Source of the DNA: Paraspadella gotoi
Lineage: Eukaryota; Animalia; Chaetognatha
Assembly (NCBI GenBank): GCA_051294375.1
Contig: JBJCIZ010000403.1
Span: forward strand, 17,956-67,177
Direction of reading: 5' to 3'
DNA length: 49,222 nucleotides
In this document: positions 22,201 to 35,000 of the stretch, one piece after another
Layout: each line of letters starts with the position of its first letter
Numbering within the stretch: position 1 is the first letter of the stretch
Made by a program: the position numbers and the translations under genes
The notes under the pieces: generated by a model
What the model saw: only the letters and a program-made list of their open reading frames with translations
Told to the model about the DNA's origin: nothing
The model's database searches: none

Positions 22201-24315
22201 TTTTCTTCGGATTTTTTTAAAAAACACCAAAATCTTTCGCGCGCTCCACCCAGAAACAAAAGACTTTACCCCAATCTGGCCGAAGGTAAAATAAAAAGTA
22301 AAAAATACTATCGGCGTGACGTTCGAATTAATGGCCGAAAAAGCAGTTTAATTGATTGTTAAATTAAACAAGCAAGCTTGCAAAATATAAACAAATTAAG
22401 ATACCCTGTCTTAGCCAAGACGCCAATCTATCATAATGTGTAAGGACAAAAAAATAATCAACATTGGTTAGTAGAACGATCAAGTCTAAGATGAAGCAAA
22501 AAAACCGTAAAACCAGTCCACATTAGGTCCATTTTTTCATGTCAAGATGACCGTATTTTCTCGCGCTCCACCGGCAAGGGCTTCCCAAGACGCCACGCTT
22601 TCGAAATATGCCCATTTTTATACTATTTATTACGGGCATGCCGTTCGAATCGAGGCGAGACCATAAAAAAAGCCGAAATTCTCGGAAACCTGATCCCCCC
22701 TCTCGCTTAACTCGTGATCTTGCTACTAATTGGTGGTTTTCTTATTTATAAAGGTTTGATGTAAAAGAAAATAAAAGTTTTAATTGGCATTAACAACGAT
22801 TTTAATAATAATAAATGTTTCGACTCTTGCTTTTATGAGTCTTCATCAGTGGTTTCACAAAGAATTGAGGAAAAGATAGTGGTCGGAAGTGAGGACAGGT
22901 AAAGATGAGAATAGGAAAGGAAAGAGAGTGAATGAAATAAAATAAAATTGAAACTGGTAAAGAGAAAGAGAGAGAGAAAGTGAGAGGGAAAAATCATTAT
23001 ATTTGGCAATATACAAAAAGATAGATTTAAATTAAGCAAACTTAATTTTAAACTAAAGAAATAATAATAATACATAGATATGCATGTAGCTTCGCCGTCC
23101 GTGGCATTTTTTTGTATATTTTTATATCGATCGATAGGAAATGATGTCAATATTGCGCATGCAAAATTTCAAGTCAATCGGTCAACGCGTTTAGAAATGG
23201 CAGGCAAAAACCCGCCGTTTTTTCTTCCCTCTTCGCAAAACAGATTCGCGATCGAAAAATAATTTTTTTGGTTCCACTAAACGTTTGAACTAGCGCTCGC
23301 TTCGTAGTTCTTTTTATTTAAGCCGCGAAACGATCGAGCGAGAAGGCGGTAAACTAAAAATGCGCGTTTGGGTCCTAATTATATTTTCTTTTAAAACGAA
23401 TTTAAAATAAATAAGAAGAAAACACAACTTTATCAATTAAACTAATAAATCAACATGTGAATGGGAATTAAAGTTCAAGAAACATATTTTGTAGACCCTC
23501 GTCACAAATAATTAATTATTTTTGTAGAAGAAATTACCCGAATCGCAAAAATTATCGGTCGGTCATTTTCCTCTCTCCCTCAATCGCCGTTTTTTTTTTT
23601 TCCTCCCTCAATCAAACTTGACCCTAATAATTCACCGGTTTCATCTCTTAGGTCATCATCAAATTTTATAGAGATAGTCGCCGATATTCAACCAGTTTTT
23701 CTACAAAGCAAAACTCTCTCCGTTCTAAAAACCTTTATTATCGCTATTTATTCTGCGCATTTTTTCTCAAAACAAAATCCCAAATTTACATTCAAGATTT
23801 TTGTAGACTTATTTTACGGCTCTGATATATAGTCAAAATACGTTTTACGTTTGGAAACAAAATTATTTGATCGCCGGCGTCTCTTCAGATTCCCGATTTC
23901 GAAGTCGCACAAACCCGCAAGTGTTCGTACAGTAGAAAAAAAATTAGAACTGCCTTCTTCTTTAATTAATTCTTTGATTAATTTTATAACAACTCCTTAA
24001 AAATAATAATAACGTTGAATAGCTTTGTTTACAAACAAAACTAGAGTACGTTCTATCAAACGTTACATAAACCCAACACAATAATAAAATAAACAATAGA
24101 ATTGAAAACGTATAAATATAAAAATATTAAAAGCAGATTATTAACTGATTATGAGGAAATGAGAGAAAAAAATTTGGATGATCCGCCGGAAACAAAAACG
24201 AGTCTCTGATTGGTCGAACAACCAATGGAACCGGCCAAAAATGGTACGGGCTTCCATCTTCCTGTGGAGAATGCCCTTACCTCCGATCCGATTGCATTGT
24301 ATAAATAGCCGACGA

Positions 24316-24560
24316 TTTTAGTCGGATCTGCTTATCATCCCGACTCTATAATTCACTTTGTCGGTCCGTCGGTCCGCCCCCTCAATCTTGTCGGGCATTC
24401 ACTTATATCATATCAGAACATTAGGATAAATTATGCAAAAAAACGATGTCCGTCCGTCCGTCTGTCCCACCTTAGAAAAAAACTCCAATTGCTCATGATT
24501 GAATGGATGGATTGGAATGAAATTTTGTGTGTGGGTTGGGAAGTGTGTGATTGAGCTGGA
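24316..24560 (+). mobile_element. DINE-1/HINE-like element, family A
   Basis: tttt-agtcgg...ccgact-ctataattcactttgtcgg terminus followed by (gtcc)n microsatellite. Related copies at ~24775-25130 (+) and ~26390-26480 (-). Confidence 0.65.
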
Positions 24561-24759
24561 AAAAATAAAAAAATATATTTCACTAATTGATTATATAATT
24601 AATCAAATAATTAATCAGTTAATTAAGCAATTAGTCAATTAATTAATAAATAGTTAATCAATTATTCAATCAATCAATTTTAGTTTTTTATTAATTTATT
24701 ATTCAATAATAAATTTATTTATTAATTATTTAATCAATCAATTAATTTATTAATTAAAT

Positions 24760-24769
24760 NNNNNNNNNN
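24760..24769. other. Assembly gap (10 N)
   Basis: Run of N. Confidence 1.
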
Positions 24770-25162
24770 TTGTTGTATCTGCTTATTAGCAGATTTTGGC
24801 TTTCGGCTGATTTTTAAACTCATTTTGCAGAATTATGTATGTATGTTTTGTTTGTTTTCTGTACTGAATCAACCTTGCTGCTTATATAATTCACCTGGTC
24901 GGTCTTTCGCTCCCCCATTATCTTGTCGGTAAGTTACTTATATCATCTCTGAACATCGAATTATCAAAAATTTTGCAAAGCAAAAGATGTCCCTCTGCTT
25001 GTACATCCGCCCATCCATCCCCCCCTCAGCTTAACGTGTTAATAATTACTCATGATTAGAATGTTCGATTTACTCGAAGTTTATTGACTGGGATAAAAGT
25101 TGTGCGATAGATCTGGAAATCGTGAAAGTGGAAATAAGTTTAAATGAAAAAAAAGATACGTT

Positions 25163-25378
25163 TATGGTGGACTAAAATCCACCAACCGTTCATCAGCGGC
25201 CATTGGTGCCGGAAGCAAGTCATTCGCCTCCAAACCCAAAGATCCGGGGTTCTAGCCCGGTGGTTGCCTTGCAGTTATGAGGGACGGGGTGCTTAACCCG
25301 CCTGTAACACGGTGTTACAGCCTGATCCGAAGCTCAGGGACTGCTTATATTGAATGGTTCTGTCACTAACACAACAAC
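25163..25378 (+). mobile_element. tRNA-derived SINE (copy 2)
   Basis: tRNA-like segment 25196-25267 (acceptor gcggcca/tggttgc, T-arm ccggg/cccgg), hairpin-rich body, (caa)n tail. Confidence 0.8.
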
Positions 25379-25643
25379 TATTTATTAATTTATTAAATAT
25401 TTGATTAATTAATTAATCATGCATTGTTTTTTATTTATATATATGTATTTATAGTAATTATTAATAATATTCAGTAATGACTAAAAATAAATAATCTAAT
25501 TAATTCATTAAATAGTTAATTTATCATCTGATTTGCGACTTACAGCTTATCAGAATTTTTAATTAGTTAGTTAATCATCTGTTAATCAATTATTACCATT
25601 ACTTACTGCTTAATCTCAATGATGAATTGTTTGTTATTTTCGT

Positions 25644-25741
25644 GGGTTACTTTTACTTTCGCCGACCGAGGTTAGGGAGGGGCTAGGAAGGGGTTAGGGT
25701 TAAGAGTGGTTTAAGGGTGATTTAGGGTTAGGGGTGGTTAG
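25644..25741 (+). repeat. Interspersed repeat with degenerate TTAGGG-like units
   Basis: ggttaggg-like units that resume at 26351-26380. Inverted relatives at 30517-30646 and 13478-13523. Confidence 0.65.
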
Positions 25742-26350
25742 TAGAGTGGAGCACTGAAGAAACAAAAAATTTATTTGAATGATCGAAACAATGATATTTA
25801 GATGTGAGATAGTATGATTAACTAGTACAAAAAATATTTTGTTTATATTATCTCGGGAACAGAATAGTAAAATATAATATATTTGTAGTAATATCCTTAT
25901 AAAATAGTAAATTTTAAAAATAATTTTTATAAAACTTTCAATAAAGATTCAGATTCTTCATAAAAAGTTGAATCGAAAATATAAAATATGTTATCAAAAT
26001 TTCTATCATCTTCAACGTTTAAAATGGGAAAAAAGGTAAAAATTCCTTACTTTTTTATTTTCTGTAGTAGAAACTTATATATGTTAAAACGTTTTAATCA
26101 TTTTTTGTAATCTAAACATTAAAATATCATATAACATATTTTATAAAAGTTTCTTAGTTTTTTACAGCGAATCCAAATCAGTTCTTAAAAATAAAAAAAA
26201 ATTATTTTAAAATTTGACGATTTTATAAGGATATTACTACATAAATAATTGAATTTGCTATACTGTTATACTAAAAAAAATTTTAAAAGGATTTAAAATT
26301 CATTAATTATATGTCCATAAGCAGCAAAAAAATAATGTTCAACCACCCTA
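25742..26350. mobile_element. Non-autonomous hAT-type element with 8-bp TSD
   Basis: Termini tagagtgg / ccacccta; perfect TSD gtggttag at 25734-25741 and 26351-26358. Decayed inverted relative at ~30068-31170. Confidence 0.8.
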
Positions 26351-26723
26351 GTGGTTAGGGTTTAGATGGTTTAGGGTTAGTATAATTAGGTAACAGACAG
26401 ATGGTCGGACGGACATCTTTTTTTTTTGGCATAATTTATCATAATTCGATGTTCTAACATGATATAAATGCATTGCAGAGGATTCAAACTCAAGAAATGA
26501 AATCGGATCAACGACTCGAATAAAATCAGTAAGAAATAGAATGGAACTCTCTCATTGACAGGAGACAAATGGCACCAGCCAGATGGGCTTCCTGCCGCCG
26601 AGGATTTTTACCCTCACTTCCGATCCGATGGAACTGAATAAAAGGGCACTAAGTTTTGTATTGATTCACTCTGCCTGGAATTTGATACCGTCTTGTTACT
26701 GTCTATATTTCTGAGACTATGAC

Positions 26724-26785
26724 TGACGGACCGACAAAGTGAATTATAGAGTCGGGATCTTCTAATAAGCAGATCCGACTAAAAA
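26724..26785 (-). mobile_element. DINE-1/HINE-like terminus, family A
   Basis: Near-identical to 3487-3542. Confidence 0.6.
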
Positions 26786-26882
26786 GTAAAAACCCAATTG
26801 TACTGATAAACTTAAAAATAACTTTGTTCCATCTTTATAAAGGTTGACTGTTTAATAAACATTTTTTAACTAAGCATTTTAT

Positions 26883-27048
26883 GATAAAATTTTCTTTGTT
26901 TCCACAACAAATTTTTAATCGAAAAATCAACATTTTTTGGTCTTAAATTAAATCATCAGTGTGATGAAGGTCTGAAATTTAAGACTGAAACATGTCCGAT
27001 TTTTTCATAAAAACTTCGTCGTGAAAACAAAAAACTTTTCTTATATCA
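26883..27048. mobile_element. Fold-back palindrome 3 with head-to-head degenerate hammerheads
   Basis: Diverged inverted arms centred at ~26960. Plus strand gtgatga-a-ggtct...agact-GAAAcatGTC (26961-26996); minus-strand ctgatga starts at 26959. Confidence 0.6.
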
Positions 27049-28335
27049 AATTCTAAAACTAACAAATTACTACTAATTTACGAAGCAAATGTATTTTTAT
27101 TTATTTATTTCTTAACCTCTAATTACAATTGCATGGACGGCATTAAATAAAAATTTTCACACTTAATTTTATAAAAAAATTGATATAAATTGTTAATTTA
27201 AGATGCAAACGGTTAAAGCGCATTGAAAAAACGACTGAAAAAACTACATTTAATGTCAGAGGTTTTCACAACAACATCCATATTTTTACAAAATAAGTCG
27301 GGGGTGACTTTAAATATCGAATTTTATTGACAATCACAAGAAATATAATAAGGATTGAAAATTCGAATACTTCATTAACGTCATGAAATCTTTGATTCTA
27401 GAAATTGGCTGCTCTGACACTAACTTTGCTGGACGTTTTTTATATATGTGTCATTTCGTGTTTAATTCACTTACTATTCTAGGGCGAGGTTGGAAAAGGA
27501 GACAATGTTTATAATAATATACATTATACATTTATTACAATGTAAAACATGAGAAGAAAATATAACAATGAAGGTTAATTCGAGTGAGAGTTTCGTCCAA
27601 CGGTGTCGACTTATAAAGAGGAGAGAAAGAGAGAGAACATCGGTCGTATCGAGTGACCCAACGGGGACAAAAAAGTCGGTCGAATCGTTGGCCACAGTCG
27701 TCTTCGACCATCCTCCACAAGTATGTTTAATTTTTTATCTAACACAGTAGAATTAGAAAAAAAAAACTATTTTAGATGTATTCTTCATTGCATTAAAAAA
27801 AATTTTACACCATAAGAAATTCCTATTAATGGTCTAATCAATGGCATATCTGAAGATTGTAATGTTTAGAAATTTTTGAGTAATGATTTTTTATTTTTAT
27901 ATTTGTAAATCTTAAGTTTTATTAGAAAACTTCAGGGGTATTGAAGGCGTGAAGAAATAGAGGGAATATTTCGCGAAGAGTAGAAACGAGAGAATGTATC
28001 GCTAGACAAAATATACTGAGGGGCAGGAGGAGGAGGAAAGAAGAAAATAGTAGGAGGAGAACTGGACGGCAGGCTAAATCCTCCTCTGGAAAATAATACT
28101 GTCCTGACCATGTTCTTGACTGTCTTGAATAATTATTTTATATTTTAAGGATTCCCAGTTAATGTTTTATTTAATGGTGTAAATGAATTTCAATAATTTT
28201 AAGTAATTAATTTATAATGATTTTCATTTTTTTTTAAGATTCAGTTTTTTTTACTGAAGATAAAATGGGATTATCATCAAAGAAAGGTTGTTTTACATAA
28301 GTAAATATAAAACTAATTTTATGAAATTAAAATAT

Positions 28336-28444
28336 TATGGTCGCTTAGCAAGAGGGATGGGACGCTTAACTTGCATGTAACACGGTGTTACTGCCTGATC
28401 CGAAGCTCTGGGACTGCTTATATTGAACGGTTCCGTCACTAACT
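28336..28444 (+). mobile_element. 5'-truncated copy of the tRNA-derived SINE
   Basis: Matches 25260-25370 (gtaacacggtgttac, cctgatccgaagctc, gggactgcttatattgaa). Confidence 0.8.
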
Positions 28445-28699
28445 CATTACAATTATTACGGTCTCTTCAATATAATAAACGTCCAGTACTTTGCTATAGT
28501 ATGACTATGAGAGAAGAAAATTTAAAAAATATTCATCCAATTAGACATGGTACGCATTTTTATGGTGTCACTCGCGAACTGTCATGGGGTAATTCTTCAC
28601 ATGTTGTCATGAGCGTTGAGACGGAATCTTTTGTCCGTGTCGCTGATCCGAAACAGACAACGTCTTCACGGCCTGCCCCAAAGTCCCACAGTGGAGGAC

Positions 28700-29095
28700 G
28701 ACGAACCCTTTTGTCGGGTTGACGTTGTCGGGATCCGCGATAGAGAGCTGCGTGGCTTCATCATCGACTGCAGGCTGTGTCGCGTCGTTGTCCGCGGCCG
28801 GAAGTTGGCAAGTGGGCAGCGAACGAAAGGTTTGAGGCGGCCCGCGAAGTCGAGGCGGAAGAATTTGGCGCCGCGAGAGACGATCTTGAACGGGCCGTCG
28901 TAGATTTGAGCCAGAAAACCGCAATGGGCGTCGCGGGGGTCGAGAGCGAAACGGTAACTTTGGAGGCCGTCTGGTATCTTTTGGTTGCAGGGCATCCATC
29001 TCGCGCCGCAGGGCTTGAAGCAGTGCATCGAGATCGGGCGGCAGCACGCTGTCCGGAACAAATTCGGCGGGTCGTTGAGAAAGAAGTCCCGTATC
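28700..29095 (-). pseudogene. Ty3/Gypsy integrase C-terminal relic (GPY/F module), frameshifted
   Basis: DFF...DALLQALRREMDALQP then RDAHCGFLAQIYDGPFKIVSRGAKFFRL across frames; high-GC island. Confidence 0.75.
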
Positions 29096-32000
29096 TTCCG
29101 TGCCACTTCTTCATTCAAGGGCGTGACAACATGGTGATTAGACCTTGCCAGAAAATTTAAAGTTTTTGATATAGCTCCTCACTAATAACCATTTTTTTTA
29201 TAATAATCCTCATTGAAAACAATTTACAGGAAATGCTGAAAAACTGAAAAATTAGGGCATTTTGTTAATATCTTAAATAGTATTAATGATATATGAAGGA
29301 AACCAGTTTTAATCTTTAAAGCGTCAAAAACTGTACATGTTAGATATCTGACTTGATGAAATGGAGACTAAATATAGAATTGTGGATGTCTTACATTTAA
29401 GAATAAACCTAAATTTAAAAAAAGTGGCACCGTAACCGAGAAAATAACTTAGATGTTAGGGAATTTATGTAAATGACAGAACAAAAAATATATTTACCTT
29501 GCGCTATACCAAAAAAAACGTAAGGGCTGAGATTAAAATGGAGTCATTGAAGGGGCGTGAAACATTTTTCTACGGCCTCACCTGAAAATGTGATTACATA
29601 TAGAAATAAAATGCAAAAAATTTAAACCAAAAGGAAGTTATTTATGCTTACCACGATCGATGCTGCAACAAGGTCTTAAAATGAAGAGGGTGACAAGAAA
29701 ACGATGTAAAGTCTAAGACGATGTAATGACGGCAGAAAAAGCGCGTGAAATTTAGTTTTTATTCAATGGAAAATGATCTACTATGATGGAAAAAAAATTG
29801 TCACGGTTTCTTAACTTAAATTTAATCTTAATTTATTTTTAATCTTATGTTATTATTTTATAAAAATGTTATAAGCTTTAAACTACCAAAACCTGTCCAA
29901 ATTTTTTTTTTTAAATTTATTTATTAGATGAAAACATTTTTTTAGTAATTATAATAATTTTATAATTATTACCTAATCATTAATATAAAAACCATAAAAA
30001 TATTAAAAATTTACCTTTTAAACATATTAATTTTTAATTTTTTTTAAATTTTATTATTATTGCACAATAAGGTGGAGTGATAAAAAAATTTAACATTTTT
30101 TACTGCCTATGGACATATAATTAATAAATTTTAAATACTTTAAAAAAATTTTAAACATAACAATATAATAAATTAAATTATGTAGTAATATCCTAATAAA
30201 ATCATATAATATAAAAATTTTTTTTTTTATATTTACAATTTTTTAATTGATTCTGATAGAGCTAAAAAAATTAAACAAAATAATATTACAACTTTTTAAA
30301 ATTTTAATATTTTATTACCAAAAATTAACAAAAACTACTATATTATCAGATGATGATGATAATAATTTTTTAAAGTTTTTCTTGATTTTAGTAGGTTAAC
30401 CACTTATTAAAATATTGAGAAAAAAAATTTAAATTTTACTTTTGCCAACATCGGTTTTAGCAATTTTTAAAAAACAATTTGAAAATACTTATTTTTTAAA
30501 AAAATATTAATAAATTACCCTGACCCTAAATCTTTTTAACCTTAACCACCCTTAATCCTAAACCACCCTTAAACCACTCATAACACTAACCCTTACCTAG
30601 TACTTAACCCTTCCCTAACCCTGGCCAGCGAAACTAAAAATAACCCAAAAAAAGAATTATACTTTATAAAGACAACTTTTCATGAGCTATCTGAATCTGC
30701 ATTTAAATATAAAATTTTTAAAAAAATTTTTTTAATTTTTTTATTTATAAATAAATATTAAAAAAATAATTATTAATGCTTTTGGTCCAATAAATTTTTT
30801 TCAGAAATATATGAAATTTTATTTGAGAAGGTTTTCAAATCAAACTTCAGACTTGCTTCATTGATAAAATTAATTAAAAAAAATTAAAAAATCCTAATTT
30901 TTTACTTCTCCCCCCAAATATTAAATTTAACAAAATTTTTAATAATATATTTTTTAAAACTTTTTATGAAGAATCTAAATCTTTATTAAAAGTTTAAAAA
31001 ATGTTTTTTAAAATTTACTATTTTATAAAAATATTATTACAAATATATTAGATTTTATTATTCTATTCCCAAAACTATATGAATATTATAATTAATCATA
31101 TTATCTCACATCTAAATATTTTTACTTAATTACCCAAATATTTTTTTATTTTTAACTACTGCACAGATCAATAAAATATAATCTTATAATTTTTATAAAT
31201 TTTTTATTTTTTTTATAAAATTGATACAACCAATATAAAACTTATCTATTTATTTAATAAATAAACTATTTTGTCTCTGACTTTGGACAGGCTTTAATAG
31301 TTTAAAACCTTTACCATATTTACAAGATAATAACATAGCAGGTCCTGAAAGCTATTAATCAAAACTTTTAATATTATTAATGTATCTAAAGATAAAAATA
31401 TATTTATTTATAAAAAATTAAATTTTATAATTTTTAATACCATTCTTTTTTGGACATATGAATTAAAATTTATTATCGAATCAATCTTAATAAAAATAAT
31501 AATCTTTTTAATATTATTATTTTAATTAAAATATATTTAAAAAAATAAATATATATAAAAAATAAATAATAATTAAACAGTTGCTATAAAATTTTTTTTC
31601 CATCATGGTAAGAAAACGGGATTGAATCCCACACACATGTGACACTAGACAAGCGTCAAATTTCTGATAGATTTTTTCGTTTTGTCGCGGCTGCGGCGGT
31701 CATCGCGGAACGGAAAATGAGAGCCACAGAGAGGCGTTGAAAAAGTTAATTTCAGCGGCGCCCCACCAAATGTTTTCACGTTTTTCACAAGTCGATGGCG
31801 GCGATGGCGACCTTGGCAGTGCAGAAAATGAAAATTTAAAAAAAAAAACACGTGGCGAATGAAGAGAGTCGAGACATTTCCATGGCAACTGTTAGAAAAG
31901 TGATATTGAGACACGATAACATGAGAAATTTGGTTTTGAACGAGGACCTGATCACGCATTAGATGATTAGGCGGTGTAAGAATTTCGAGAGCGACTAGTA

Positions 32001-35000
32001 GCGACGACGAGCGACAAGTAGCGAAAACAGCGAAAAAAAGCGAAAACAGCGAAACCAGCTCCATTAAATAATAAATTTCACAATGAAACCATGAAAACTA
32101 CGCCTTTGTTCCACCAGATTTGGAAAGTTCAGACACTGAACTATCCAAATATCAAATAATAATGGTAAGTTAACGTCGTCTTCAGGTGCAAATTAAAGCC
32201 TCTACTAAAAGTTGGTTTAGGACTTTTTAATGAGATAATTTTAACAAGCGAATTAGCTTAGCCGCTTGGCAAGACACTAAACTAAATATATGTATTGTGA
32301 CGAGTTCTCTTTTTAGTATCAGCGCTAGACGAGGGACAGTTAAACTTGACATAAATTCTTAAATGTAGTATTATGTTTTACTGGCTTTGTTTCATATCAA
32401 GACCTTTACCAATTTTCTTTGTTCCCGCAAAGGAAGATACCTAGGACCTTAGAGGTTCAAATACTAATAACACTTTTTACTTTATTTGTTGGGATCAGGT
32501 GCAAATATTGTAAAATATAGCAATGAACGGACATTTTCGAATAGAGGACCGGTTTTAAAATGCTCATTATTGTACCAGGACCATTATTTATATTTTTTTT
32601 TTGCATTAAAAATGAGTTCAACGATTGTCTTAGATAGATTCCTCCATCAATTTTTAAATTTGTCAGAACGTTTTACTCTTTTTATACCCTATTTTTTTGA
32701 CACGCTAAACGTTTCGCTGATTACGGGAAGTAGATTGTGTAAATTGAAAAACTAGTAATACCAAAAGTTAGTGTTATGTCTCAAATAGACGGAAAAAAAA
32801 CCTCGTTTAAAAATTCATTCGGGAAGTGGGGTAACGAAGCCTTACCAGTGGCATTGTCAATGTCAAACATCTCGCAAATAATTATTTTTATTTAATATGT
32901 TTGAAAGGGAAATTACAAAAATTCAGAATGCGGGTTCCGCCTTGTATGCACATCAAGTAAAAATGTTTTTTAAAGTTTTGGGCACTTCCATGTCTAGGGG
33001 CTTGGGGGCAAAAGGGCGAATTGAAAAATTCTACCTTTTAATCAGTAAATGATGACATTCAAGATGAGTAGATTTTAATTTTTTTTTCCTTCGTTGAAAT
33101 TTTTATTTAAGAAGAAATAAAAAGAAAGATATAAAAAATTTCTCTTTTTTTCTATTTAAAAGAAAATTATCAATACAATTTAACACAATGATGTCTTGCT
33201 TTGTCAAATATGTCGCCAGCTATGTAATTTTTTAAAATTTTATTATGATAAACAAGCAGTTTGTCAAGCTTTTTGTTTGCAGTTGAAGATAATGAAAAGT
33301 GACGATTTTTTTTTCACAGGCAGAAGGTCGATGTCCAGACTGTTTATATCAAGCTTAAAACATTTTTGTATTTATCATTTTTCATATTTAAAAAGACATT
33401 TTATCAAGCTACTATATAAATTTTTGCTTGTTTTTTACTTTAACTGAAAAATACAAGCAATTTTATGCAGTAGAGAAAATTTAATGGTAATCAAAATGTA
33501 ATTCAGTCTTCCCTTTTTCAAATCACAAAAGAAAAACAAAAAAATTCATATGCCTTCATCGCAATTTTTAACACAAAAAATTGTTATACTTTTAACTATG
33601 ATTTAAACAAAAGCTGTGTAAAGATTTATAGATGAAATTTAATTAAACCCTTTGAGAAAGGTGTCCATGATTAGGGCTTTAATTTGATACCACACTCACC
33701 TTGCTATCTCTTTTCTTTCAAAAGTTATCCAAGAAAATAACTTTTTTTACAATCGGAGAACTAAGGATTTGAACTACGCAGTACAAATCTTTGTTAAATA
33801 AAAATTTCGGCAAAGCGGGAGTATCTCACTTAATCCTATTGGTACAATACTTAAATTTTAAAATAATACTTAAGAAAAAATTTTCTTCATCTAGAGACCT
33901 ATCACTTTCAGATGTACACATTGTCTTGCTCATTTATGGCTTTTGCTTTAAGAAATCAGCAAAACGTTTCCTCTTTTTTTTTAAATAGTTAGTACTAGCG
34001 CGTCAGAAATCTTTAGAGAAACTCGAAATTTTATTCTGATAAATTTTGCCTTTGAAGGCTGACGTTTATGACCATATCTCGGAAACTATTGTAGGAATTT
34101 TAAAACGGTTTTTTGCAAGTGAATATTGACATCAATCCTCCAGGGACTGGCATAAAAATATATAAAAAAATAAATTAAAATTAGCTCTCATATGAGGTAT
34201 CTATCTTAGAGTAGGAAACTTGTAATAAATTTAAAAATATTCTTTAGGATTTACAGTAAAGTACGAAAAAGAGACAAATCAAAGGAAAACCGCTCGCGGA
34301 GTAATCGTTTTAAATGGCTTTAAATACTACTAAACTATTTCTGGATTTATGTTGTTCCACCGACTTTAGATACTAAAAACCATGTACTATCAAAAACCAT
34401 TCGTAGTTGGCAAGTATTTAAAGCGCTACTGGTGCAACTTTCGTCATGAACCAAAAAAAGCTGGAAAAAATTTCGATCGCTCAAATTTTTTTTCTTCGCG
34501 AAGCGACATATCTAAATAACAATAAAGGTGAATAAGTTAGCTAATGAGATGCAAGTAAAAATGAAATAGAAGAATAAGTGGTTAGAGATGGATAGTAAGG
34601 CGGGTCAAAATTAACTTAAATTTATAATAGGGACGATTCCGCAATCTATTTCAATGGTCCATGATACAATCTTCTCATCTGCCTAAAAAAATTTAGAAAA
34701 AATTTTCAGTATCACACACGGAGACATTTCTTTGTCCAAATAACTAAACTCTTCTAATCACAATTTTCTCGCATTCTGATTGGCTGAAAGAGGTCACGTG
34801 ACACCAATTTTCTTTTCTTGATCCATACTCATTAGTAATTAAAGATTATTAATCATGCAAAAGTGTATTTCCAATTTATATTATTTTTTGGACAAAAATA
34901 CAAATCTTTCACATATAATAATTAAAAACATAAAATAATTGATAAGAGACATGTACTGAGCGGGATTCGAGAGTAATAACATATAAACGAGTTTTTATAA

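Larger units (their letters stand above)
14650..23709 (+). repeat. ~4.5-kb direct duplication (14650-19178 and 19204-23709) around a 25-N gap
   Basis: Copies are colinear and differ mostly by single-base indels. Copy 1 ends at the gap (…tacaaagc|N25) and copy 2 starts at it. Confidence 0.95.

Noticed and set aside
25196-25267. Functional tRNA gene
   Set aside because: D and anticodon arms do not pair and the anticodon differs between copies; it is a SINE head.
25670-25741. True telomere
   Set aside because: Short, degenerate and part of an interspersed repeat with several internal copies.
31645-32064. 139-aa ORF with a signal-peptide-like start
   Set aside because: The hydrophobic start arises from a short gcgaaaa repeat, the ORF runs through intron-like sequence and splice phases are unresolved.
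32810-32875. EMFDIDNATG (cadherin-like) or FPNEFLN (Helitron-like) peptides on the minus strand
   Set aside because: No supporting flanking motifs or acceptor site; likely chance.
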